From Armatimonadota bacterium (GTDB lineage Bacteria > Armatimonadota > SYMT01), in contig JAWLHY010000002.1 of assembly GCA_041690135.1 (NCBI GenBank), positions 1,168,342 to 1,232,341 on the forward strand: a DNA stretch of 64,000 bases. Reading direction: 5' to 3'. Under the pieces are notes generated by a model, which worked only from the letters and a program-made list of their open reading frames with translations, searched no databases and was not told the DNA's origin. Below are positions 1 through 10,588 of this stretch, in pieces. The first letter of the stretch is position 1. Every line of letters begins with the position of its first letter. The translations under genes were made by a program, and so were the position numbers.

Positions 1-62
1 ACGGCGAAACCGAGTGCCACGTAGAGCTTGCCGCGGGGATTCGCAGCCGCGATGCGGTAGGC
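1..62 (-). pseudogene. Fragment paralogous to the C-terminus of the membrane protein at 4322-5065
   Basis: Minus strand reads AYRIAAANPRGKLYVALGFAV vs AYRIAAADPRGKLYIALGFAV at ~4380-4441; DNA is visibly similar; no intact upstream part. Confidence 0.6.
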
Positions 63-229
63 AGAACTACTTGGCGTTCGCCCTGATTGGCTGCATATAG
101 TTGTGGCTTTAGCACGGATTTATCGGACATGCCCTAGGGCGAGCGCGAGCGTTGTGGTGCGGATGCGGGTCGGCATGAGCCACCTCCGGAGGAACAGTCC
201 TCGCCCGCCCGGGATTGGTTCATCTCAGA

Positions 230-367
230 TCAGGACGGCGGACACCGCAACGCCTGATTACGCAGAAAGTCGTCCACGGTGTCAACGGAGCACTGGAACG
301 ACTTCCGATCGTGATCTTCAGTTAGGGGCTCTACCCGCAGGTGTTCCGGGAGGTTCTTCCCTACCAG
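230..367 (-). pseudogene. Truncated GNAT (TacT/AtaT-like) toxin N-terminus
   Basis: Reads LRVEPLTEDHDRKSFQCSVDTVDDFLRNQALR then stops; resembles the EPL..HDR..F.C....D.YL..QA start of GNAT toxins; overlaps the stop of the upstream antitoxin-like ORF. Confidence 0.55.
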
Positions 368-582
368 GTGGGATGCTTACGGCAAAACTCTGCATGCTTG
401 CGAGCGCCCTCCCGCAGCTTCTCGTTCGGTGGTGCGGCGCTATCAGCCAGGCGGCGGAGGTTCGCGAGGCGCTCGTCCGAAACGTGAACGCGCGGGAGTT
501 GGGTTGGATTGTTCGCCTTATACTCGTTAGCCATTTCCTCGCCCTCCTCCAACGCGTCCGGAGTCTCTTCCCGAAGGGACAT
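361..582 (-). CDS. DUF1778/TacA-like antitoxin (C-terminal part only)
   Basis: VHVSDERLANLRRLADSAAPPNEKLREGARKH resembles the DUF1778 C-terminal PP.PNE.LR motif; directly upstream of the GNAT remnant. Confidence 0.45.
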   Translation of the reverse strand: MSLREETPDALEEGEEMANEYKANNPTQLPRVHVSDERLANLRRLADSAAPPNEKLREGARKHAEFCRKHPTW

Positions 583-906
583 CCCGTTGCCCCCACAGTC
601 GACTGGTGAGTACCAGACACTTACTCCGCTCGAACTGGATTCTCCTGCCCTGACGAGTAGGGAAACGTATCCACTGGGATGACACCCCGTGCCCGCAGGG
701 ACCGCAGAGATGGTAGCGTACCACCACGGGCTGCGGCCTTTTCCGCCAACGCTATCTGCTGCTCGGGCGTCCTCGTGGGCTCCTCAACCCCGGCGCATCG
801 GGTCGCAGGAGGAAGTTCACCCTCCGCCCACGGAATGATTCCGTGCAACACCGCCCTCACTCTGCCCCCGTAATAGCGAACCCGTTGACCGAGCCAGATC
901 CCCACC

Positions 907-2868
907 ATGAACCCATTTCCCTTCAAAACCGCCGGAACTTTTCGCCGCGGGCTGCCGGCCCTGGCTCTCGGGGGCCTGGTTATGGCCCTTTCCACGGCGG
1001 CGGCAGTGCCGGCGGAGGAGCAGGACTTCGCGGCGCGGCAGGCGGAGGCGAAGCAGGTCTTCAAGGATCGCGTCGCGCCCTTCTTCAACACCTACTGCAC
1101 GGATTGTCACGGCGTTCGCAGAATGCTGGGCGGTATCAACTTTGCCCCGGCGCTGCGGGCTCCCGGCGCTCCTTCCTCGGTCTTGAAATGGAAGCAGGCG
1201 CTGGCCAACGTGAAGACGCACGCCATGCCGCCGGATTACGTGAAGAAGCAGCCGACCGAGGCGGAGCGGCAGATGTTCGTGGACTGGGTGGGGACGAGCA
1301 AATATCTCAGCTCGAAGGACCCGGGCGCGTTCGTGATCCGCCGGCTGACCAAGGTGGAGTACGGCAACACGCTGCGAGATCTCTTCGGAGTGGACCCGGC
1401 GGTGGCCGCGGAGCTGCCGGATGAGGTCCCGGGCGCGGGGTATCTGAACACGCTGTCGCCGCTGCAATCGGAGATGTATCTCCAGATCGCCAACGAGGTG
1501 TTGAATCGCGTGCTCGCGCCGGGGAATGCGCCCCCGACGCAGGTACAGAAGCGGCTCTTCGGCGAGAAGCCGGCGCCGGGAACGGACCTCCGCGCGGAGG
1601 CGAAGAAGGTCGCGCGCTCGCTGACTCGCCGTGCGTATCGCCGGCCGGCGTCGGAGGCGGAGCTGGAGGTGCTGCTCGGGGTCTACGACCTGGCGACGCG
1701 GAACAAGCTTCCCTACCCGGCCGCCCTGCGCCTGATGTTGAAGGCGGTGCTGGTCTCGCCGCAGTTCCTCTACATCACGCCGGCCGGGGAGCCGCCGCCG
1801 GGGCAGTCGATCGTGCCGCTGGACGACTACCAGCTCGCCTCGCGCCTCTCGTATTTCCTCTGGGCGACGATGCCGGATGCGGAGCTCTCCGCGCTGGCCG
1901 ATGCGGGGAATCTGCACGAGCCCGCGGTGCTGCGGGTGCAGGTGAAACGCATGCTCGCCGATGCGCGGTCGCGGGCGCTGTTTGATGGCTTCGGCGCGCA
2001 GTGGTTGGGACTTGCGGACCTCGGCGCCCAGACCTTCGATACGGCGAAGTTTCCCCAGATGACCGCCGAAATGCGCGCGGCCATGGTTGACGAGGCACGG
2101 CTATTCTTCGACAGCATCGTCCGCGAAAACCGCAGCGTGGTCGATTTCGTGGATAGCGATTACACTTTTCTCAATGGTAGCCTCGCCGTGCTCTATGGAA
2201 TGGAGAAGACGGTCACCGGGCCCGCAATGCGCAAAGTGAAGCTCCCGGACGCGAACCGTGGGGGGATTCTGGCGATGCCCGGAGTCCTGGCGACGACCTC
2301 GTTTCCCAACCGCACCAGCGCCGTCAAGCGCGGCGTGTGGGTGCTCGAGCAGGTGCTCGGCGAACACGTGCCGCCGGCGCCGGCGAATGTTCCCGCCCTG
2401 GAGAAGCAGGACCAGAAGACGGTGGAGAATCTCACCCTGCGCCAGCGCACGGAGCTCCATCGCACGAACCCCGCGTGCGCGAGTTGCCACAAGATTCTCG
2501 ATCCGATCGGCTTTGGTCTGGAGAACTTTGACGCCATCGGCCGCTGGCGGGTTAAGGACGATACGGGCGGAGCGATCGACGCCGCGGGAGAGCTGCCGGG
2601 CGAAAAGCGCTTCTCCTCTCCCCGGGAGTTGAAAGCCATCCTCGCCGCCCGGAAAGAGGATCTGGCACGGAACCTCACGCGGAAGCTCCTGGCCTACGCC
2701 CTGTGCCGTCAGCTCGAAGGCTACGACGAACTCGTGGTCGATCAGATCATGGGGACCCTGGCGAAGGATGATTACCGCATGCAGGCGCTGATTACCGAGA
2801 TCGTCACCAGTTATCCGTTCGTCAATCGCCGCATCCATGAACTGGAGGCATCGTCCAATGGTCGCTAA
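907..2868 (+). CDS. DUF1592/DUF1588-type (PSD) protein with c-type heme motifs
   Basis: CTDCH and CASCH; [25 protein letters not shown] and [13 protein letters not shown] motifs; signal peptide. Confidence 0.9.
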   Translation: MNPFPFKTAGTFRRGLPALALGGLVMALSTAAAVPAEEQDFAARQAEAKQVFKDRVAPFFNTYCTDCHGVRRMLGGINFAPALRAPGAPSSVLKWKQALANVKTHAMPPDYVKKQPTEAERQMFVDWVGTSKYLSSKDPGAFVIRRLTKVEYGNTLRDLFGVDPAVAAELPDEVPGAGYLNTLSPLQSEMYLQIANEVLNRVLAPGNAPPTQVQKRLFGEKPAPGTDLRAEAKKVARSLTRRAYRRPASEAELEVLLGVYDLATRNKLPYPAALRLMLKAVLVSPQFLYITPAGEPPPGQSIVPLDDYQLASRLSYFLWATMPDAELSALADAGNLHEPAVLRVQVKRMLADARSRALFDGFGAQWLGLADLGAQTFDTAKFPQMTAEMRAAMVDEARLFFDSIVRENRSVVDFVDSDYTFLNGSLAVLYGMEKTVTGPAMRKVKLPDANRGGILAMPGVLATTSFPNRTSAVKRGVWVLEQVLGEHVPPAPANVPALEKQDQKTVENLTLRQRTELHRTNPACASCHKILDPIGFGLENFDAIGRWRVKDDTGGAIDAAGELPGEKRFSSPRELKAILAARKEDLARNLTRKLLAYALCRQLEGYDELVVDQIMGTLAKDDYRMQALITEIVTSYPFVNRRIHELEASSNGR

Positions 2869-4240
2869 TTCCCGCATCGATCGTCGCACCTGTTTGAAAG
2901 GGCTCGGCGTTACCCTCGCGCTGCCGCTTTTCGAAACCATGGGCTGGGCCGACACAGGCAAGGGCAAGACGGTCAAGCCGCCGGTGCGCCTGGGCTTCAT
3001 GTATATGCCGCACGGCGTCATCATGGATCAGTTCTGGCCGGCGACTGCGGAGAGCTTTCTGTCTTCGCCCCCGCCCGCGCTGGAATCGCTGCGGCCCGTG
3101 CTGGACCAGTGCCTGCTCATGAAGGGCATCTCGGGCGTGCCGATCTCACCGTTCAATGGCGCGCCGCACGCGCTGGAGCTCTCCACCTGGCTCACGGCGC
3201 AACTGCCGGATGCGGACAAGCGGGATCAGGTCAACATTTCGATCTCCGCAGACCAGATCGCGGCCAACTACGTGGGCGGTTTCACTTCCCTGCCCTCACT
3301 CGAGCTGGCCACGATGCCGCAGACGCACAAGGAGAACCAGGAAGGGCTGAACGAAGCCTATTATTCGCACTGCAGCTTCCGTTCGCCGACGCAGCCCGTC
3401 CCTGCGGAGACGAACCCTCGCAGCGTGCTCAACCGGCTGTTCGGAAAAACCGACCGATCCGGACAGCTCGCGAATGCGGACCCGCTCGATCGTCAGTTGC
3501 TCGACCTGGTGCTCGGCGGCGCCAAAGACCTGCGCCGGACACTCCCGAGGGACGACCAGCACAAGCTGGATGAATACCTCGACAGCGTGCGTTCCGTGGA
3601 GCGCCGCATCGCCGCTATCGAGTATCGCCAGAAGGAGGCCGCGCTGGAAAAAGCCGGGGTCGCTGCGAGCAAACGCCACGCCTCCGATTCCCCACCCATC
3701 GAAATCAAGATTCCCGAGGGCGACAAGCGCAGCGAATACATGCAGGTGATGTGCGACCTCACCGTGCTCGCCTTCCAGACCGACCTGACGCGCGTCAGCA
3801 CCTACATCGGCTCCACGCCGAACGGCGTTTCCTATCCCGAGCTCGGGTTCAGTGACAAGCATCACTCCCAAACCCATCACAACAACCGGCCCGATCAGGT
3901 CGCGAAAGTCGCCGCGATTACCGCCTTCAACATCGCCCAGTTCGCCTACATGGTGAAGAAGATGGCCGCCCTTCGCGAAGGCAATGGCACGCTGCTCGAC
4001 AACTGCATCATGATGTGGGGCTCCGGCCTCGAAGACGGCAACAAGCACACCCGCGAAAACCTCCCCTTTATCATCGCGGGCAAAGGCGGCGGTTCAATCA
4101 ACACGGGACGCTTCCTGCCGCACACCAAGGGCAATCAAGGCGACTTGCTCACCACGATCCTGGCCTGCGCAGGCATCCCGCTCGATCGGCCCATCGGCAT
4201 TGCGACCAAGCAGATCAAAGAGATGATGCGCACTTCCTAA
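2858..4240 (+). CDS. DUF1552 domain protein (Tat-like signal)
   Basis: [17 protein letters not shown]; [16 protein letters not shown]; TLLDN; NLPFIIAG; canonical partner of DUF1592; GGAGG RBS. Confidence 0.9.
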   Translation: MVANSRIDRRTCLKGLGVTLALPLFETMGWADTGKGKTVKPPVRLGFMYMPHGVIMDQFWPATAESFLSSPPPALESLRPVLDQCLLMKGISGVPISPFNGAPHALELSTWLTAQLPDADKRDQVNISISADQIAANYVGGFTSLPSLELATMPQTHKENQEGLNEAYYSHCSFRSPTQPVPAETNPRSVLNRLFGKTDRSGQLANADPLDRQLLDLVLGGAKDLRRTLPRDDQHKLDEYLDSVRSVERRIAAIEYRQKEAALEKAGVAASKRHASDSPPIEIKIPEGDKRSEYMQVMCDLTVLAFQTDLTRVSTYIGSTPNGVSYPELGFSDKHHSQTHHNNRPDQVAKVAAITAFNIAQFAYMVKKMAALREGNGTLLDNCIMMWGSGLEDGNKHTRENLPFIIAGKGGGSINTGRFLPHTKGNQGDLLTTILACAGIPLDRPIGIATKQIKEMMRTS

Positions 4241-4321
4241 CCCTATGTGTGGACTCTTCACTACCAGGAGCTTCCGCAGACCCTCTTGCCCGAGAGGACG
4301 CCCGCGCTCCGTACGCTCGCC

Positions 4322-5065
4322 TCAACGTTTGAAGTACACTTCCTCCAGGACGCCCCAGATGACGAAGATCAGCACGAAGACAGCGAAGCCGAGAGCTATG
4401 TAAAGCTTGCCGCGGGGATCGGCCGCCGCGATGCGGTAGGCGGTGGCATAGGCCCGGCGCACCCGCTCCGCCTGGGGTTGGGCGCCGGCGGCGATGGGGA
4501 AACGGAAGAGGTGTCGATAGTCCGATCCATTCGGATTGGCGATCACCTGCCGGAACTCCATGTAGGTGGCGTTCACTACCACCGTGGCATTCTTCTCGAT
4601 CGAGTGGAACTCGCCGCCCACGTAGATCGCGTTGTCGGAAACCACCACTTCCACGCCTTTGTCGGGTGGGGCGGTCAGATCGAGACAGTTGGCCCCCCCT
4701 TTCCCTTCGCGGTCCAGGCGCTGGTTGAGCTCCAGGAACCGGTTCCACTCCGTCGCGCTGACGGTCCACGTCGCCAATACCCCCTCGCCGCGCTGCATGC
4801 GGGAGAAACGACGGGCGTCGCCGTGCCACACCAGGGCGCCGACGAGCGCGTAGACCGCCACCGTACCCACGATACCCAGCACCCACGGGAGCGGCCCGTC
4901 ACGCTTCCCATTCAACAGGGCCACGGCCAGGAAGATGGCCACGAGCGCGACCGCCAGCACGGCCAGGGCAAGGTTCCGCCGCCGGGCAGGGTTACTTCCC
5001 GTCAGTTTGGGGAAAGCGCGCACTTCTGTCTCCTCCACGGATCGCCCGCACCACGCCCCGCCCAC
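4322..5065 (-). CDS. Hypothetical membrane protein (3 TM); start uncertain
   Basis: Two N-terminal hydrophobic helices and one C-terminal helix; coding-like composition. Confidence 0.65.
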   Translation of the reverse strand: MGGAWCGRSVEETEVRAFPKLTGSNPARRRNLALAVLAVALVAIFLAVALLNGKRDGPLPWVLGIVGTVAVYALVGALVWHGDARRFSRMQRGEGVLATWTVSATEWNRFLELNQRLDREGKGGANCLDLTAPPDKGVEVVVSDNAIYVGGEFHSIEKNATVVVNATYMEFRQVIANPNGSDYRHLFRFPIAAGAQPQAERVRRAYATAYRIAAADPRGKLYIALGFAVFVLIFVIWGVLEEVYFKR

Positions 5066-5476
5066 CCCAGGGCGGCTCAGTTTTCCTCACAGCGCCGTAC
5101 TCTGCCGCCCCTCCGGGGCTCTTCTATATCGGTACCAGGTCCGGGGGTTTGCACCCCCCTGCCCGCATGCGGGCGCCCGATCTCTGGTCGCCCCTCCGGG
5201 GCTACTGACCGGCTCCTGCCGGAAACTGAACCGCCCTGCTTTCCACCCACCGCCCACCGTAACACTCCTGTCCGGCCCGAGAAGCGTGGGGAACTCCCGG
5301 ATAGCCGGCGGGTCTTACCGGTAAGTGAAGAGGGGACTGGCTCGCTCGGACCCCGACCCTACAAAGGTTGTTCCCGCGAAGGAACGAGCCCACACGCGTC
5401 CAATGGGAGTAGAGGAGACCCCGACAACCGTAAACCTGCAACCCGGCACCCGTTTCGGCCATCGAACTCGTAGTAG

Positions 5477-5629
5477 CTAAGGGATTGGGGCGAGTAACTG
5501 GGCAGGTACCGTTTGCCAGAGGGAGGCCGCGCAAGCGCCGTCACTCCGGCAAGCTACGCTGAGCTGCGTGGAGAAGCAGGATCGTACCGAGTTGGCAAAA
5601 CTGCTCAGATACCTCCTCAAACCCCTTAG
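5477..5629. mobile_element. MITE family A, copy 1
   Basis: Ends CTAAGGGATTGGGG...CAAACCCCTTAG; core GCGCCGTCACTCCGGCAAG shared with the copies at 44703, 46173 and 54896. Confidence 0.75.
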
Positions 5630-5754
5630 AGTAGCAGGGATGAATCTCGCATAGGTGTCCAGATACACTCGCTGGGTAGTTCTGGGGCCGAACAATTGAG
5701 CTCCAAGCAGTGGTCAGCCCGGCAACACGGACGCCGTCAGATCCAAACGGCACC

Positions 5755-5880
5755 CGCAACTGACGACCGGGGTTCCCAACTTTCAACTTCCCGACTTTCA
5801 AACTCTCCAACGCTGATCCTGCAACTGTCAACTCGTACCCTTAACGGCTCCAAGGGTTCCCAACTTTCAACCTTCAACCC
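5755..5880. repeat. Degenerate short tandem repeats (TCAAC-rich) with a duplicated GGGTTCCCAACTTTCAAC
   Basis: Repeated ttcaac/tcaact units in intergenic DNA. Confidence 0.55.
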
Positions 5881-5958
5881 CTGGCCCCCGAGGGGGGCTT
5901 CCAACTTGCCAACCCTGAAGCAACCGTTGCCAATCCGTACCTGCAAAGGACTACCCGA

Positions 5959-7242
5959 ATGAAGCTTGCTATTCTCACCGCCACTTGCGCCGTCAGCCTG
6001 GTGGCCGCTTCCGTGGCCGCGCCGAAGGCCGGTGATTGGCCCGCCTGGCGCGGCCCGGCCGCCAACGGCAGTACCGTGCAGGGCGAATACCCCACGCGCT
6101 GGACCCCGGAAGATGCCGCGTGGAAAGTTGCGCTGCCCGGTAACGGGGTCTCCACGCCGATCGTCTGGCAGGACCGGATCTATCTGACGACCCCATCGGA
6201 GGGGCAGGACGCGGTACTGGCGCTGGACAAGAATGGGAAGCAGCTCTGGCTTACCCAACTGGGGCCGGAGAGCCCCGCCCGGCACCGGACCCTGGGCTCG
6301 AGCTGCAACGCGTCGCCGGTGACGGACGGCAAGGGTCTCTTCGTGCGGTACCGCTCCGGCCGCCTGGCCGCATTGGACCTGAACGGCAAGGTCCGCTGGC
6401 AGATGAACCTGGTCGAGAAGTTCGGACCGGAAGAGCTCTACTGGGACCAGGGCAGCTCGCCGATGGTGGTGGGTAACCTGGTGGTCATCAGCCGGATGCA
6501 CCACGGCGAGTCGTTCGTCGCCGGCTTCGATAAGGAGACCGGCAAGCAGGTGTGGCTGCAGAAGCGCAACTACCAGGTGCCGCCCGAGAACGACAACGGG
6601 TATACCACGCCGGTCGTCTTCCAGCACCAGGGCAAGCCAGCGCTGCTGATCTGGGGCGCCGACCACCTGACCGCGCATTCCGTGGCGGACGGCTCGGTGC
6701 TCTGGACGTGCGGCGGCTTCAATCCCCGGCAGATGAAGAACTGGCCCGCCATCGCGACCCCCGTGATCCGGGGCGGCGTGGCGGTGGTGCCGGTGGGGCG
6801 CGACGACCGGCCGAACCAGGCGGGCCTGCACGGGATCCGCATCGACGGCCAGGGCGACGTGACCACCACCCACCGGGCCTGGCACCGGGACGACGTGGGC
6901 GTGTTCTGTTCCACGCCGGTGGAATACAAGGGGAAGATCTATCTCCAGCGCCATCGCGGCGGCGTGGTCTGCATCGATCCGGCCACCGGGAAGACGCTCT
7001 GGGAGAATGCCTTTCCTCGCGACAGGTCCAGCTTCTACTCCTCGCCCGTGGTGGCGAACGGCGTGCTTTACGCGGCCCGGGAAGACGGTACCGTCTTCGC
7101 CGCGAAGATCGAGAACGGTTTCGAGTTGCTGAGTGAAAACCCCATGGGCGAGCGCACCGTGGCCTCCCCCGTCCCGGCCCAGAACCGCCTCCTCATCCGC
7201 GGTGAGAAGCACCTGTTCTGCATCCCGGCGAAGGCTCGCTAG
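5959..7242 (+). CDS. PQQ-binding-like beta-propeller (BamB-like) secreted protein
   Basis: Signal peptide; DWPAWRGP; repeated SSP.V..G..G.W blades. Confidence 0.88.
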   Translation: MKLAILTATCAVSLVAASVAAPKAGDWPAWRGPAANGSTVQGEYPTRWTPEDAAWKVALPGNGVSTPIVWQDRIYLTTPSEGQDAVLALDKNGKQLWLTQLGPESPARHRTLGSSCNASPVTDGKGLFVRYRSGRLAALDLNGKVRWQMNLVEKFGPEELYWDQGSSPMVVGNLVVISRMHHGESFVAGFDKETGKQVWLQKRNYQVPPENDNGYTTPVVFQHQGKPALLIWGADHLTAHSVADGSVLWTCGGFNPRQMKNWPAIATPVIRGGVAVVPVGRDDRPNQAGLHGIRIDGQGDVTTTHRAWHRDDVGVFCSTPVEYKGKIYLQRHRGGVVCIDPATGKTLWENAFPRDRSSFYSSPVVANGVLYAAREDGTVFAAKIENGFELLSENPMGERTVASPVPAQNRLLIRGEKHLFCIPAKAR

Positions 7243-7276
7243 GGAGTTGTCAAAGAATAACCGCTACGTCGTTCCC

Positions 7277-7327
7277 AGCCCGTACGGGCTTCGCTGTTTG
7301 TAGCCGCGAGTTCACTCGCCTGGCCGT
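7277..7327. repeat. REP-like element
   Basis: GGCTTCGCTGTTTGTAGCCGCGAGTT also occurs at 61829-61855; preceded by a palindrome. Confidence 0.6.
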
Positions 7328-7467
7328 AGCGGTTGTTGCTGGGCACTCCCCATGCGCCTGAAGGAAGGACGCGCGGGTCCTGGCGGCCAAGTTTATGGGA
7401 AACGGCTTATCAGCCTCCGACTTTTCACGTAGTAGTGAATGGTTTCCGATCCAAGGGAAGATGATTG

Positions 7468-8850
7468 ATGAACGCTAACGAGAACAACCCGACTTCGCGA
7501 CGGCAGTTCCTGAAAACCTCCGGCGGTGTGGCCGCGGCCACGGCGCTGGGAGGGGTCGCGATCCCCCACGTGCATGCCGCCGGCAGCGAAGAGGTCCAGG
7601 TCGCCCTGGTCGGCTGCGGCGGGCGCGGCAGCGGCGCCGCCGTCAACGCCCTCTCCACCAAGAGCGGCCCGATCAAGCTGTTCGCCATGGCCGATGCCTT
7701 TCCGGACCGGCTCAACGCCAGCTACGACGGCCTCAGCAAGGCCCACGCCAAGCAGGTAGACGTCACCCCAGAGCGTCGCTTCCTGGGCTGGGATGCCTAC
7801 AAGGGCGCGATGGATGCCCTGAAGCCGGGCGACGTGGTCATCCTCACCACCCCGCCGGCGTTCCGCTGGGTGCACTTCCAATACGCCATTCAGAAGGGCC
7901 TCAACGTCTTCATGGAGAAGCCGGTGACGGTCGACGGTCCCACCAGCAAGCGGATGCTGAAGCTGGCGGAAGACGCTTCGGCCAAGAACCTGAAGGTGGG
8001 GGTCGGGCTTATGTCGCGCCACGCCCGCCCGCTCCAGGAACTGCACAAGCGGGTGCAGAACGGCGAACTCGGCGACATCATCCTGATGCGCGGCTACCGC
8101 ATCCACCCGCCCGCGGGCTTCTTCGAGTCCACCCCCAAGCCGGCCAACATGACTGACCTGGACTACCAGATCCGGCGGTTCCACAGCTTCCTGTGGGCCA
8201 GCGGCGGTTGCTTCAGCGACTTCTACATCCACCTCATCGACCACCTCTCCTGGATGAAGGATGCGTGGCCGGTATCCGCCAAGGGCCAGGGCGGGCGCCA
8301 CTTCAAGACCGCGCCGGACGGCACCCCGTTCGTGGACCAGAACTTCGACAGCTACACCGTGGAGTACACCTTCGCGGACGGCACGAAGTTCTACTTCGAA
8401 GGGCGCCACCAGCGGGGGACGGACGGCCTGTACTCCAGTTATGTCCACGGCACCAAGGGGATTGGCATCGCCTCCCGCGCGAACGACTGCGGCGCGCCGT
8501 CGGCCATCTACAAGGGCCACAACCTGAACCCCACTAACCTGGTATGGCAGTCCAAGGACACCAGCAACCCGTACCAGAACGAGTGGGACGCGCTGATCGA
8601 TGCCATCCGCAAGGACAAGCCGCACAACGAGGTGAAGCGCGGCGTGGAAGCGAGCCTGGTCACCAGCATGGGACGCATGGCGGCGCATACCGGTCGGGAG
8701 ATCACTTTCCAGGACATGCTCAACTGCCCGCACGAGTTCGCTCCGGGCCTGGACAAGCTGACGAAGGATACCCCGTCCCCGCTCATGCCGGACGCCAGCG
8801 GCCGGTACCCCGTGCCGCAGCCGGGCACGAAGCGCGACCGGGAGTACTAG
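7468..8850 (+). CDS. Gfo/Idh/MocA oxidoreductase, Tat-exported
   Basis: SRRQFLK signal; LVGCGGRGSG; FMEKP motif. Confidence 0.9.
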   Translation: MNANENNPTSRRQFLKTSGGVAAATALGGVAIPHVHAAGSEEVQVALVGCGGRGSGAAVNALSTKSGPIKLFAMADAFPDRLNASYDGLSKAHAKQVDVTPERRFLGWDAYKGAMDALKPGDVVILTTPPAFRWVHFQYAIQKGLNVFMEKPVTVDGPTSKRMLKLAEDASAKNLKVGVGLMSRHARPLQELHKRVQNGELGDIILMRGYRIHPPAGFFESTPKPANMTDLDYQIRRFHSFLWASGGCFSDFYIHLIDHLSWMKDAWPVSAKGQGGRHFKTAPDGTPFVDQNFDSYTVEYTFADGTKFYFEGRHQRGTDGLYSSYVHGTKGIGIASRANDCGAPSAIYKGHNLNPTNLVWQSKDTSNPYQNEWDALIDAIRKDKPHNEVKRGVEASLVTSMGRMAAHTGREITFQDMLNCPHEFAPGLDKLTKDTPSPLMPDASGRYPVPQPGTKRDREY

Positions 8851-8935
8851 ACCGGATCCGGTGTGTCCGGCGGGCTCATCACAGAGTCCGCCGGGCACAC
8901 TCCGTAAGCGGTGGGCGAGAAGGAGCGCGCCGAAG

Positions 8936-9457
8936 ATGGCCTCATTTTTCCGGACCTACCGGGAGGAAAACGGCACCCGCATCGACGGCGTGTTCGCAAT
9001 GGTCTTCATCCATAATCTCCGCTATCACCTGACGCATATCAGCATCTATCAGGACGGGATGGTGGATTGCTGGGGCCTCGTGGACTTCGAAAAGTTCAAA
9101 GAAAAGGTCCGCAGCGGATGGGTGGTCACCCAGCCTCCGGAAGGAGCCGAGGTCAGCATCTCCTTCCTGGCTAGCTTCCGAGCCGTCGACGCCTACTACT
9201 GGGTCGATCCGGAAGAGCTCATCAAAGAGGTCGCGGACGAGATCGAGCAGTTAAACGGACGCCCGACCACTTCCGTTCGTTGTCGCGAGGCCTGGGACCG
9301 CTACCGGCGCGATCCGTCCGAGGACAACAAGGAGGCGCTCCGCGAGGCCTACGAAGCCATTCCCCGGCATAACCGGATGTACGTTCTCGGGGATATGGAC
9401 AGTAAGGACTGGCCGATCCGGCGCATCCTGGAGGGAGATCCACCGGAGAACGGCTGA
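8936..9457 (+). CDS. Conserved hypothetical protein resembling the N-terminal accessory region of some NADAR proteins
   Basis: AGGAG RBS; IYQDGMVDCWGLV..EKVRSGWV and YVLGDMDSKDWP motifs recalled from such proteins. Confidence 0.6.
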   Translation: MASFFRTYREENGTRIDGVFAMVFIHNLRYHLTHISIYQDGMVDCWGLVDFEKFKEKVRSGWVVTQPPEGAEVSISFLASFRAVDAYYWVDPEELIKEVADEIEQLNGRPTTSVRCREAWDRYRRDPSEDNKEALREAYEAIPRHNRMYVLGDMDSKDWPIRRILEGDPPENG

Positions 9458-9511
9458 GCCTCATGCGTAAGAGGTTCGTACCCCGTCAGGGGATTGCGTC
9501 TTCCGTGGTCC

Positions 9512-10588
9512 TCAATCCGCGGGCAGGACGCGGACATAGGTCCGGGTGCCTGGATAGGCCTTCAGCAGTGGGGCGGGGCTTGCGTCGCCGAGGACGCTCA
9601 GCGTGGTGGAGAGCGGGTCCGAAGTGAACCCATCCGGAGCCACTACGGTTACCTGGACCCGGTTCGTCAGCGCCTGACCGGTGCGCGGGTCGACCACGTG
9701 CGAGTAGCGGCGGCCGTTGATTACGGTGAACTGGATCGTGTCCCCCGACGTGGAGACGGCGCAGTTTGAGAATTGAAGATCCGCCGGGCCCTGATCCGTT
9801 CCCGCATTCGGAACGCGAACCGTCCATCCTTCCTTTCCCGGAGGCGGGCCGGTCATCACGAGATCGCCGCCCATCTCCACCAGGGCGTGGGAGATCCCGT
9901 GCTTCTTGAGGACCCGCTGCGCTTCGTCGCCCGCGTAGCCTTTCGCGATGCCGCCCAGGTCCAGCTTCATCCCCGGTACCGTGAGGTGAACGGTGCGGGC
10001 CTTAGGGTCCAGGCGCATTTTCTTCCAGCCGACCAGCCGACGCGTGCGGGCGAGCTCCTTTGCGTCCGGCAGAACGGCGCTCTTGCGGGCCTGGCGCCAG
10101 AGCCGGATGAGCGGTCCGGCGGTCACGTCGAAGGCGCCACCGCTCAAGCGGGACACCTCCTGCGCACGCTGAAGAACACGGAACAGTTCCGGCGAAACGC
10201 GCACGGGGGGACCGCCCGCCTTTTCACACAGGCGCGTCAGTTCGCTGTCGCGCCGGTAATCGCTCATAATAGTATCAAGTGCGGCGATGCGTGCGAACGC
10301 CGCCGCGCAGGCGTCTTCGGCGTTAGTCCGGTCCGGCGCATAAACCACGAGACGGGCATCGACCCCCATGTGGTATTGAGTATAGGTATAGCGAGTTAGC
10401 GCGTCGGCATTCGTCTCCGGCGAGGCCGGCGGTGCGGCATTTGACGAGGTGATTATGAGGCTTAACGCCAGAAGACAGCTCCCTACGGTGAATGACGATC
10501 TACAGCAAGAGCGGCGCGGCGTGCTCTCCGGGGCCCGCGGTCCCGCGGGGGCCCTGCTCTCCCTGGGGGTTATCCTCACAGCGTTCAT
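9512..10588 (-). CDS. apbE: FAD:protein FMN transferase (start uncertain, probably nearer 10500)
   Basis: HMG, FDVTAGPL, LDLGGIAKGY, EMGGD, AVSTSG, YSHVVDPRTG. Confidence 0.9.
   Translation of the reverse strand: MNAVRITPRESRAPAGPRAPESTPRRSCCRSSFTVGSCLLALSLIITSSNAAPPASPETNADALTRYTYTQYHMGVDARLVVYAPDRTNAEDACAAAFARIAALDTIMSDYRRDSELTRLCEKAGGPPVRVSPELFRVLQRAQEVSRLSGGAFDVTAGPLIRLWRQARKSAVLPDAKELARTRRLVGWKKMRLDPKARTVHLTVPGMKLDLGGIAKGYAGDEAQRVLKKHGISHALVEMGGDLVMTGPPPGKEGWTVRVPNAGTDQGPADLQFSNCAVSTSGDTIQFTVINGRRYSHVVDPRTGQALTNRVQVTVVAPDGFTSDPLSTTLSVLGDASPAPLLKAYPGTRTYVRVLPAD

Noticed and set aside
907-4240. DUF1592+DUF1552 pairs as a novel system
   Set aside because: Function is unknown, but the pair is a well-known multicopy family in PVC-type genomes
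5755-5880. Possible CRISPR array
   Set aside because: Repeat units are short and degenerate without unique spacers, and no cas genes are present; the same applies to 57851-57892 and 61500-61910
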